Below are positions 29,201 to 40,500 of a DNA stretch of 64,000 bases, piece after piece; the stretch's first letter is position 1; the number at the start of each line of letters is the position of its first letter. A program made the position numbers and the translations under genes. The DNA lies in the NCBI GenBank assembly GCA_002633005.1, contig NMRA01000381.1, positions 121,057 to 185,056 of the forward strand. The letters are read 5' to 3'. Origin of the DNA: Phoronis australis (lineage: Eukaryota > Animalia > Phoronida). Under the pieces are notes generated by a model. It saw nothing but the letters and a program-made list of their open reading frames with translations. It searched no databases and was not told the origin of the DNA.

Positions 29201-32200
29201 TACTTGATCGCCGTGATCTGTGATACCGTGCCCAATTACTTCAGTAAAATGATCTGTGTCAACACAACAGTAACAACACTTGAAGTTGGTTGTTCGGAAA
29301 AAAGGGTAAAATGTTTTTACATCAATTTCACTCTGTCCACAATGGTTAATGACAACCGCCTGACACTTCTTATCTGTGTTCTCACTTTAATACACCATTT
29401 GTAAATACATCCAATCTTTCTAAAGTAACCTATCCAACTATACTTCTTGAGAACTATTGGTAATTATAAAGTTAAACGGTCTGCTCTGGTTAAAATTTGA
29501 CTAACTCTTAACCAGCTCACTGACGAGTTTCGGTGTGGTTTTTAAATATCTACTGATAACGAGTTCGTACAGTTGACTCAGGCGTGTCCGTACAGTTGCT
29601 TGTCTGACTGCCTAATTTACACTTTCCATATCTTTGTTAATCAAGCACACTTATAGTTGACATTTTTGCAACACATGCACGTCTTCATAAGATATTACTT
29701 ACAACATGAAATGTATTAAGTTAGCGACATAATGCAACATTTTATAATAAACTTTCACCAGTATCTTGATAAATAATGTCAAATGACTTTGCAACACCAC
29801 GCCTACAGAGTCACACTGGGCCGCCATTGCTGGTCACACCAACGTGAATAGTTCTCAGCGCTTGCCGTGACTCTTAAGCTATTGGCAACTGTTTCTAATT
29901 ACACATAGGATTGATTTCTACATTTTAAGACAATTTCGTTCATCTTCTATTGTATTCCTTCATCAAATTGCTCATGACGACGCCGTACTCCTCATGACCA
30001 CTCCAAACACGTAGTACAGGTCCCCACACCGTGAATTGTCTGACATTTTAACAAATCTATTAAAATTTTCAACAGCATTCCAAACTGTATGCTTCAAAGG
30101 GTTTGGCAAAATATGACTTTAAGTCAATACGCTTTTTCCCAGGTTAGCAACAGCTCTATTTGTAACTAGATCACGTCACCTAGTTATAAATAGAATTTTT
30201 ACTAATGACAAACAATAGTACACAGGGCGCGATGCTCAGCTTTAATGTCAACTCGCCAACAGCAACCTGGCCAAATGAGAAATGAGGTCACTGAAACAAA
30301 GACACCTTATCGGTGGGTGCAAAATTCCTGGCCTTTACAAATGACGAATAGTTGCCAACAGTCAAAAAGCAAAAAATGGGATATCTAAATCCAAAAACCA
30401 GTGAACTGAGCAAATCTCTGAGGAAACACCTGAGTTGGCACAAGCAGAGAATTAGGAATAAGGTTACTGTGTGGTCAGTTACGGCCAATTTCCTCTCCGG
30501 CCCAACAGACTTTACTCCTACCTCAGGAAAAAGCAGACGATCAAAACACATCTGTGTAAATGTCATGAACAAGCCCTCCCGGTTCTTGCTGAAAAATTCC
30601 TGACTCCCATCAATTTACTTTCTGTTGTATTTTTAATGCGTGTTCGGATGTGTGCGTTGCGACTTCGTGGCGACTTGAGATTTTTATCAGGTCATCAAAC
30701 AAAATCTGAGGTCGCATTGGTGACCATCAAGTCTCCAAATTTAGACTTGGTGTATAAACAACAGAGTGCACTACATGAAAATGATCAACTCGTCCACAGC
30801 TAGGCCCTTTTGACGCACTCTCACACTTAACTTCGTGCAGTACCTGGGATTTCTCATAAAGCGTCCTGTGCACTTTCTGGTGATGGACACTTTACTGGAA
30901 ATCCCCGGTAGGCTTTCTAACAAGTCGTTAGCTTACTTTTGTCTGATTTCCCATGCAAACATTTGAGGATTGTCAGCTTTATATCTCTGCACTTGTTTCA
31001 CAACATCTGGTGTGGTCACTTTAGGTTTACTCCCTCCTATCTGTCCAGGGTTAATACTGCCTGTACGTCTGTACCTGTTGAAGACAATTAGAATACATGA
31101 TGCTGAATGTTACTAGACGCTAATTGGTCATTTTCAAGGGGGGGGGGACTTTTCAATGACTTGGTATTTTGATTTGTCACTCAAGGTCACTTTTGCCATT
31201 CATTTTCGGACAAGCCCAATATACTTCAAAAAAACCTACGAAGAGTTGAAACCTACAGAAAAAATACAGTACGTTTGATAGCTGAGGATCAGGAGAGTTA
31301 ACTTTGAAATTTTGTGAAAAAGCAAGAAAAAAAAAACGATCATAATACTTCAAGCATATTTTTATTTGAAAACACGTCACCCCTTGTTGGTCCAAAGAAC
31401 AAATGATAGATAACTACCAAAACTACTGTAGATGTTAACTAGTATAGAATTACTGTGGAACTAAGAATACCTGTTTAGAATTTTGCTGACACAACCATGT
31501 GATACTTGGAGTTGCCTACTTATTTCACATGGCCGAGTTCCCTGTAAAGCTAGCTGCAGTATTTGTACTCTCAAATGATCTGGCAAAGGGCGACCATTGG
31601 TGAAAATCCGGCCATACTGGTTAATGTTCTTACTCCCCGATGAGAAAGGGTCGTCACCTGAAAAGAGAAATGATTACAGGTGATAGTGAAATACCTCCTC
31701 CTTCACTTTGTAGAGTTTCTTTCTGGTAATTGAAAACACAAACAAACTGCAAGTTATATTAATCCATACGTTATGATGTATTTGCAATGAAGTGCCCTGG
31801 CAAAAAGTGTTAAAGTGAGAATGGTGAAAAAATACTTTAGCCAAAAGCAGAAATTCAAAAGCAATGACTAGCTAGACCTATGTTTTGGCTAGAGTGCCCA
31901 TAGGAGTCACTGTTGTATGATACAGTGTGGACAGGGAATGCTGTAATTGTAGTTCAGTCAATGCATAGTTTGTAGGTCAAGATCAGAACCAGACACTATT
32001 GTTAGCTAGCGAACCATGAACAGTCTAAAGAAAGACACACATCATCTGAGGGGTGGCAATGAGCTGGATTGACACTGGTAAAATATTGTAACATGGGAGA
32101 ACACAAATATTAGGTATTCATACCTAAAGGAAGTGGATAAAGAGAATTGGTATTTCTCACAAGAACAAGACAATCCAGAACTTAAGTACACTGTCAAAGT

Positions 32201-34150
32201 ATTATGCAAAGAGCTTAATACGTGGCCTTCAGAATAAAATGTTTAGCAGTTTACAATTGAAGTATGCACCAGTGGAAACTAGGTTAGTCAATAGACTAAA
32301 ATTGATTGGTGTTATTTCACGCCTTGTCTTCACGGTCTAGTAATAATTAGTGTTCAATGGGCCACCAACTTTACATTAACAACATACTTTTTGTCAATGC
32401 TCAGAAGCAGGCAGCCTGAAGAAAGTTAATCACGCTGAACAGTTTATTCAGAGGTAATAGTGGGGAATGACAGACGGAAATCAAGCGTGAATGTACCAAC
32501 TCAGCCAGAGACTGCTTTTATAGTCTGTAATAATAAGTTGTGTAAATAACACATATCAGCCCACAGAATACCAAGGAAGTCAAAAGTTCAGTTATGGTAC
32601 CTTTATGAGATTAAGAAAATTAAGTGAACACAACAGTCAGTCTTTTTAATAAAAAGAAAGTGGTTATAAGAAATTATTTAAAAATAAAATGTCTTGTAGC
32701 ATAACTTGTTTAATACAGGACAGCGCTGTCAATGTATTGCTTTGACAGACACTTGACCAAACTTTTGGTCAGACGCTCTGAAGAGCAAAAATAAATCTCC
32801 ACACTTGCAACAGACCTACTCTATTGTTGCTCTTCAAAGGACCGACAAGTAAAGAGATTGTGCTTTCAACAAATTATACATATTAAAACAAATCAAAAAT
32901 AGTTAAAACCCTAATCTTATTCCACTCCTCATATTTAAACAGCAAATTTTTATTCAAATCAAAAGCATGACACTACAAATGGTGACAACAAACGGTAAAA
33001 TTTCAACTATGTTGGACATTGCCAAAATTGATCCAGCCCTTTTTCATTTTTAAAGATTGTTGTGAATGGCCACAATTTCTCAAAAATTTTCTGGCAGTAG
33101 ACATTGTAATACTATGGAACTTAAATATGCATTAATTTACTTTCATTTTAAGAAAAAAGAAAGAAGAACGTTTCATTCATCTGCCAACCTATTTTGTTTC
33201 AATTTTTATTTGGTTTTAAGTAAAAACATCATTTTAACAAAAAAAACTCGGCGTTTCTTGAAAGATCACGACCTCAGGCCTCTGACATAGAAAGTAGTTA
33301 CAAAAGCCAAGGCGATTTGAGAAAGGTAGATCGATTCATTGCAATGTTTCTTGTTCAGTATGAGGTATAAATAGATTATTACATGTTCATAGTCGTTATC
33401 CTCCTTATCTAGAGCCCTCATGGATTTTGGACGATAATTCTTCAAAATTTACTCGGGCTCTACATTACAGGGCATAACGAGTTCGTCATGTAATAATCTA
33501 TATTCATCCCTACAAAAATCCTCAAGTTATTATGAAAAACCACTATCAAAGGATTGACTTCTTCATAGCTCTCTACCAATGGGTTCCTTTAATAACGTGA
33601 CCTTTCTAAAAGGATGAACGGTCATTGGACCAACTGTCTATGAGGGTGCATGGGTATCCCAATTTCCCCAATCAAAAATAATGGAGTGATCGAGCCATCG
33701 GGCTAGTAGACACACACCTTGTTGCTTCACTCCATCTTCATCTCTGAACACAGCATCTCTGCCATCATGACTGACAAAGTCATCACCATCTGACATGTCA
33801 CCACTTGAGCAATCTCTGTCATTTACACCTCTGTGTATCTTCCCTTGAGACCTGGTGAGAGTGGGGTCTGTGGCAGGAATATGATAGCCTGGAGGTTGAT
33901 ACATTCCATACATGTATGAAAGATAGGGTTGTGGAACACTCAGTATAGAGTTGCCACTAGCTGCCTGTGCTTGCATCATGCCACTATACATGGCTGCCAT
34001 GTTCTTCTGTAGAGCCAGAGCTATAGCAGCAGTGTCGAATGGTGTCGTTGTAGCCGAGTACGGGGTATTGTTTGAATGAGTACTTTTACTAGACTCATCG
34101 TCCCCTGACATGTTCTCGGTCACCTCCTCCTTCATTTGGAGTGTTGTCAT
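23213..34150 (-). CDS. Pax-beta: Paired-box transcription factor without homeodomain, probably the spiralian Pax-beta subfamily (~694 aa)
   Basis: Coding exons (minus): 34150-33718 (acceptor at 34166), 31657-31471, 31074-30937, 26291-26177, 24424-23213. GT-AG, phases 1/2/2/0, 2085 nt. Full paired domain: [78 protein letters not shown]...[35 protein letters not shown]. Pax family is certain. The subfamily rests on my recall of the NQYGR variant, plus the long N-terminal extension and lack of a homeobox. Confidence 0.9.
24804..25294. mobile_element. hAT-type non-autonomous element (MITE), 491 bp, in the last Pax intron
   Basis: 15-bp TIR CAGGCCTTCAT(C/G)CAG. Perfect 8-bp TSD GTTCCAGT at 24796-24803 and 25295-25302. 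Subterminal GGGCGTCC(A) repeats near both ends. Confidence 0.9.
27003..27454. repeat. 41-bp minisatellite, 11 copies (Pax intron)
   Basis: Unit actttaagttaagtgtccagtgaacacaagcaagagacact, nearly perfect, no spacers. Confidence 0.95.
27565..30033 (-). mobile_element. Decayed DNA transposon with CAC...GTG ends, 64-bp TIRs and 5-bp TSD (Transib/RAG-like end structure)
   Basis: TIRs 27565-27628 and 29970-30033 match at 57/64 and begin CACGGT(A/G)TGGGGA. AATTG flanks both sides (27560-27564, 30034-30038). Broken minus-strand coding remnants at about 29190-29375 and 28500-28861. Confidence 0.82.
28500..29375 (-). pseudogene. Interrupted ORF remnant inside the transposon: C2H2 zinc finger plus FPLDN...MRY...FW block
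   Basis: 29284-29213 reads [24 protein letters not shown] (C-x2-C-x12-H-x4-H). From 28861 down it reads AQESISK...[28 protein letters not shown], then after a frameshift [16 protein letters not shown]...[10 protein letters not shown]. Confidence 0.55.
33371..33501. mobile_element. 131-bp fold-back miniature element
   Basis: 15-bp perfect inverted ends ATAGATTATTACATG / CATGTAATAATCTAT, with inner inverted pairs TCGTTAT/ATAACGA and AGAGCCC/GGGCTCT. Confidence 0.7.
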
Positions 34151-35600
34151 GCTGTAGCAGCAACACCTGCAATATCAACTGTATTATAATAAAGGCTGCT
34201 CATAACAATAAACAATAGTATTAATGATTTGGACAGGTTGTGTAGTCCTATTTCGGTAATTCTCCATATTAACAGGTCATACCTTCGTATTCACCTCTGC
34301 TATGGTAACACGATTTTGATTCCTTTTAAAAACTTTTTCATCATGATTTGAGCACGCAGACTCGCAATTTGCAATATAGATGTTTGTCAAGTGCTTTACA
34401 TTAAAAACAATCATTGCAGGACTCCAGAACATATCTTTTCAAAATATAACTGATTGTTCTTTTCTCCATTCTGAGCATGTCCTGGAAGTTTTTTCAATAT
34501 CTCTCCATAAAGTTTTGGATAGAAAACTTGAAGCTGACTGACCGAACCAGTGATTGTCATAAGAATGAAAGTCCACCATAGCCACCTTCATTGGGTTTTC
34601 TATGAGAATCATGCATAAGACAGCACAAATCCAAAGTTCAGGGGACACTGCAGTTTTGGGAAACCATGCAGGTAATAAAAAGTTATCAAATAATATCTTG
34701 GGATATCATGTATCACAAAGCAATGTTATCAAATGATTTCATGACATGTGGATGAACTAGGAAAAATAACTACCATTATGAAATGATTTCTTAACAAATA
34801 AAGTAGGTAATATAGCTAACATAAATATTAAAAAGGGGATTTCAAAACAAAATGTATAAATCAGTTTGTTTTAGTTTAGTTTAGTTTAGTATGTGGATGA
34901 AAGCAGGTAAAAAGTGCATCCTGTTTATACCAAGACCATGACAATATTCACATTTGCATTGTAACCCAATCCTTCAGACAATGATAATTTAGATACAACA
35001 TCACCATATCACCAAACCAAGAAAAGCTTTTTTATTTTACCGAATATATTTATGCCCCAAGATATTCTGATAACTTCATTAAACTCGGTCTAATTCAACA
35101 GCAGACATTTGGCGCCATGCTGTCATAGTCTGTTTCATTTTCAGTGAAGTGTGGTGTAAAGCCATTATGCCATCAGAAGAGAACACTGCCCCAGGCACAC
35201 ATCACCCTCTAACTCATTCTAGGAGAGTAGACTTGTTGTTTCTCATCATCTTTCAAAATGCTAAAAATCCACTTTCTCAAGAAAACACTGTTTTTAGAAT
35301 GGGATATAATTAAATAAACTAACATTTGATAAAATTAATTAGATGATTTAAATTGGCATGACATTTTACGAAAACTGGTAGGGCCTACTCCCTACCAAAC
35401 TGCAGTTGTGGCCAACTTGTCAAGTACGTTACTGAAATGTGTTACCAGGAATATTTGTTGAGATCCTTTGTACCTGGTGCTCACAGGGCAGGTGATTAAT
35501 TTGAAAAAAAAAAAAAAATGTGATAGCTGTCCTTGGGCCCGCGTAACCAAATGACACGTGAAACTCATAAACCTGGGTTTTTGGACCAAATTCACTTTTT

Positions 35601-36372
35601 AAAGTTAAAAGTTCTCCTCAAAGAGAAATTAAAACTAGTTCTAATATAGATGGGTTTTGTGGTGTAAATCCTCCAAACCCTTTGTGATTTGTGAGGACTA
35701 AACCATACAAAGAATGGGGACAGCATGGTTCCTGCTTGGCTGCACAATGTTAACAAGATGCAATGGCTGTTTGCTGGAGGCAATTCATTGTGCTTCAGCA
35801 CACCCTAAACCAGCTGTGATGAATAAGAACAGACATGGTCACATGAATACAACACTTAGATTCACTTACTGAATACAATATATGCAATGCAATTCACGGA
35901 ATTTCGTCAGATCAAAAGATCATCAAGTTGATTGGTCACATCTCACTGGCTTATACATTCTGTCATTTCTAATGTTGATTTGANAAAGTTAAAAGTTCTC
36001 CTCAAAGAGAAATTAAAACTAGTTCTACGGTAATATAGATGGGTTTTGTGGTGTAAATCCTCCTAACCCTTTGTGATTTGTGAGGACTAAACCATACAAA
36101 GAATGGGGACAGCATGGTTCCTGCTTGGCTGCACAATGTTAACAAGATGCAATGGCTGTTTGCTGGAGGCAATTCATTGTGCTTCAGCACACCCTAAACC
36201 AGCTGTGATGAATAAGAACAGACATGGTCACATGAATACAACACTTAGATTCACTTACTGAATACAATATATGCAATGCAATTCACGGAATTTCGTCAGA
36301 TCAAAAGATCATCAAGTTGATTGGTCACATCTCACTGGCTTATACATTCTGTCATTTCTAATGTTGATTTGA
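35601..36372. other. ~385-bp direct duplication across the N at 35984 (probable assembly overlap)
   Basis: 35601-35983 is nearly identical to 35985-36372 (5-bp indel, rare SNP). The junction is exactly the N. Confidence 0.85.
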
Positions 36373-37104
36373 ACTAGTAGCCGTGAAGAAATTTTCCGTG
36401 CTGTCAGTTTTTACAGATCAGCTAACTTATCACTGTGACACTGGCAGTTTGGATGTAAATTTCACTCATTTTGTTGACATTTCACTTTCATGCCAGCACG
36501 TCAATGCAACATGTGCCAGCAAGTTTCCACTCATATACTGAGAATCTCCAAAAGATAACTCACATATTGAAAGTTTATTGGCAAAAATGCCAACGTTTCT
36601 CAACTGTTGAGACGATGATCCAAAGCAGGACAAAGCAAACTAAATATCATTATGAATTCAAAACAAACTACCAAGGAACCAAACATGTGCTCTAACAATA
36701 AGCATCAAAATTAAATGCTCAAAGTTTCAAGTAGCTCAAGATTGTTCACATAGCATGAATATAGCCTTGGTATACCTAAAGGTACACAATGCACTGAGGA
36801 TCTTCAGGATATGAAGGCAAATGGTACAAATTACCCATAGTGCATAACAAAAGCTGGATATAACTAGAGTAGGAACAATGCTGTCTTGGCCACAGGCGGC
36901 TAGACAGAACAATGCAATCTTGGTCACAAGAGGCAGGGCAGACACTAAGTTGTTCCAAACCTGCCTTCCATCATAAAAACCAACTTCAAATTTAGACCAC
37001 TTACTGTTGGGAAATTGGTCTCAAATTGTCCTTAGTCAAATTGGTCTCAAATCGTCCTTAGTCAAATTGCAGATGATTTCAGGGCTTCAAAAGAATCCAC
37101 TATT

Positions 37105-37516
37105 TGTCATTGTTTGAGATCAATTAAGCTCAACACCTTGGCACAACATGTTCTTTAGTGTCATTGTTTGAGATCAGGTTCAACACCTTGGCATGACATG
37201 TCCTCTTGTGTCATTGTTTGAGATCATGCTCTACACCTTGGAATGACATGTCCTCTTGTGTCATTGTTTGAGATCAGGCTCTACACCTTGGCATGACATG
37301 TCCTGTTGTGTCATTGTTTGAGATCAGGCTCTACACCTTGGCATGACATGTCCTCTTGTGTCATTGTTTGAGATCAGGCTCTACACCTTGGCATGACATG
37401 TCCTCTTGTGTTATTGTTTTAGATCAGGGTCTACACCTTGGCATGACATGTCCTCTTGTGTCATTGTTTGAGATCAGGCTCTACACCTTGGCATGAAATG
37501 TCCTGTTGTGTGTCAT
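37105..37516. repeat. 50-bp minisatellite, ~8 copies
   Basis: Unit tgtcattgtttgagatcaggctctacaccttggcatgacatgtcctcttg. Confidence 0.92.
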
Positions 37517-40500
37517 TTTATGCGCCACGCATTCAAAGATCCGTTTCATGTTTTGTTCTCTTAGGCTTTTGATCAAGATTTCCACATACTTTTCTAAGAT
37601 CATTTAAATATTGTTTTGAATGATAAACCTTTACAGCCTTTTGAACATCAAAAAATGAACGTAAATTTTTTTTTGAAAAGTGTTCTAAACCTTTTCTTCA
37701 TTTTCAAGAGAACAAATTTTCGAGATATATTTGAAATAGTTGAAATATAAATCCTAAATACAGATACAACAAATGTTTGTCTTTGTTTTTCGTTTTAGCA
37801 ACTTTGGTCCCTAGAATTTTAGAAACATAAGTGGCGGCTTTCTTCCTAACTTTGACGATTAATAAATGATCAAAAAGAATCCACCCAGTAGATGAAAAAT
37901 CCTGGCATGCGAATAGGCTTTGGTGAACACAAAAATTTTGGATATTGGCAGACCAGTTGCCGAAAATACAAAGGGAGATAAACACAATTAAATCGAACGA
38001 TCAGGTGCCAGTGTTGTTCAGCTAAAGTACTCAAATTTTTTCCATTAAATCTACTGTTGTCTTGCAATAAATTGAGATCTGATACTGAAGAAACTATGTT
38101 CTGCATTTACAATCTATGAGGCAGTTAACAATCAGACTTTTGCCATTTTCTTGTTAAAAAGCTAGCCTGATTAATATAGGCTAACCGGTGGGCGGAGCTT
38201 ATCAGCAGTTCATTGTCTGAACTAATAATGGTTCACTATGACATTCATTTGGAATGGCCTCTGTATTTACAGAGTTGTGGTTTACAACCAAATATCCTCT
38301 AATCATATACATCCCAGCTCAGACAAATATCCCAGACACTGGATTCAAAGTGTATGCAAAAGGATCTAGAAAAAATGCAGCAAAATCAGGAACAGCATCA
38401 AATCCGACGGTGAAGAAACAGTGTGAACCCTTAGTGGACCAGTTCATGACTGACAGGTTGCCTGGAGACCGTTATGGTTTTGTTTGGTTTAGCATGGTCC
38501 CATGACATGCAAATTCCTCTTAACGACAACTAATGGGTACCAAAGCAATTTTGTGGCAGAAAATATCAGTCATAACTTAGGCAACGAAAAATGGAGATTT
38601 GAGAATTGATGTTTTCTGAGCTAATAGAAATGCTTGTGACACTTTTCAAGCAGTAAAACTTTGGTTGAATAAAAAGGTCGGGTTCACTGGAGCTAGAAAA
38701 GCGAACAGAACACGGGATATGTTAATTTAGGAATTTGCTAGGCGATATTGTCGCGTGTTTTTGAACTGGGTTACATCAGGAGTCGACAAGTAGATGTAAC
38801 GAAAAGTCAGCGGATATTTGACAAATGATTTTTACTAATTTGAAATTATCAACTAGCGATTTTACGCCCAAGCCCTGTGGCGAGTTCGGCATCATGGAGA
38901 CTCGACCGTGGACTGTCTTGTGGGTCCGTCATCAGTCTGCGATATTTTGCTTTCCTTTTAATTTTGCTGTTTATATCTGCTTAAAGTGTACAATAAAGAT
39001 AAAGGGAAAAGGAGATTTGAAAGTTATAAACTGGGGAAAAGGCAACCCCAGGACAGTGAAATGGTTATGTAACTTGTTTATCTCCAAGGATTAGCATGGT
39101 TGGAGACTGGTTACTTGTTTACCTGTCAATCAATCATCCCTTAACTGCAAAACCCCTAACAAAAAGAGTAAAGAGGTCTTTGGGTAAAATGCCTAAAACA
39201 ACACTTCATGAAAAATGGAACAAATTTATTGTATAATCACCGTTTGAATTAAGGATAAACCTACACTGAAGAAAACTAAAAAATGTCAAATTTATGAAAC
39301 CTAACGGATAATTTGACCTTAAGGAATAATAAATTGTCAGTTCTTTGTAAATTCAGAAATCGTCTGAATAAAGAACAAGTTGAGACCAACTTTGCTGTAG
39401 TAAGTGATCTGCGTCAAAGGATCGCTTCTTTCACAGAACGTGGGTTTACAGTTGTTTTAAGAATCAATCCGTTCTAATGTTAAGAACTGAGCCTGATATA
39501 CCTGCCAGGTATTGCCGATTTGTCCACGAACCCCATGAGAAATATTCAAACTAACTGAAGGGAGATTATTCAGTGAATATGAGGATCCCAGACCTGTTTG
39601 CTGTGACAATAATTGATAGACTTCATTTCAAAAATCAAACAAATTAGCAGAATAAGCTAAAGAGTTCCCTCATAAATATTTACACTTGAAGAAATGCTGG
39701 AACACAGTAACATATGTTTCACCCTTCATTTATATTCAAAGTATCATGCGAATTGTACCATCACAAACTCATGAGACAAAGCACCATGACGCCTTGTTTA
39801 TATAATCAGGGTACAAAAGTGTAACAGATTTCTATTAGGTATAAGTAAAACAACAGATACATGCATGAGTGGCGTTTATTCCATAAACAAGTCCCTTTGT
39901 ATTGGCTGACATCCAAACACCAGCAGAAGAAACAAAATCTAAAAAGTTTTAAAACCAAAATGTTGACGTTTTCACACAATTTACTAGTACTGCACACAAG
40001 GAAGCCCGACTAGTCCTTTCCATAATACATAGGGGGGGGGCCTCCACGCAGTCAAAATTCAGGCCAACAAGTAGCTTGAAAAATGGGTACTCCAAGACGA
40101 CAGTTTCGCCCCACCCCCTCTCAAGCTCAAAGCCACCAAGTACCCGACCAAGTCAATATCAAGGGTGAAATATCCAACCAGGACGGCACATGAGAGGGGA
40201 AAATACTCATCCGAGTTTGTAACACATCCCTACTAACCCTTTCTATGGAGAAACCTGAGGACATAAGAACACGATGTTTATGTCTTTACTACATTACACA
40301 ATGATTTTGAAGTCTAAATTTGAGGAAACTTTTCTCACCTAATGGACAATTTTGTGGAAGAAACTCATCAATTAAGTCTCTTGTCTTCAAAAACATAACA
40401 TTAAAATTGAGAAAATGTTTACAGCTTTGACCACACTTAATCTGAAACTGCTGTAAACAATGTTCTAGAGTAAAAACATCAACGTCTTTATCAGGCATAT

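Noticed and set aside
35592-36190. Twin ORFs MLKHNELPPANSH...
   Set aside because: Arise from the N-gap duplication; no recognisable protein features.
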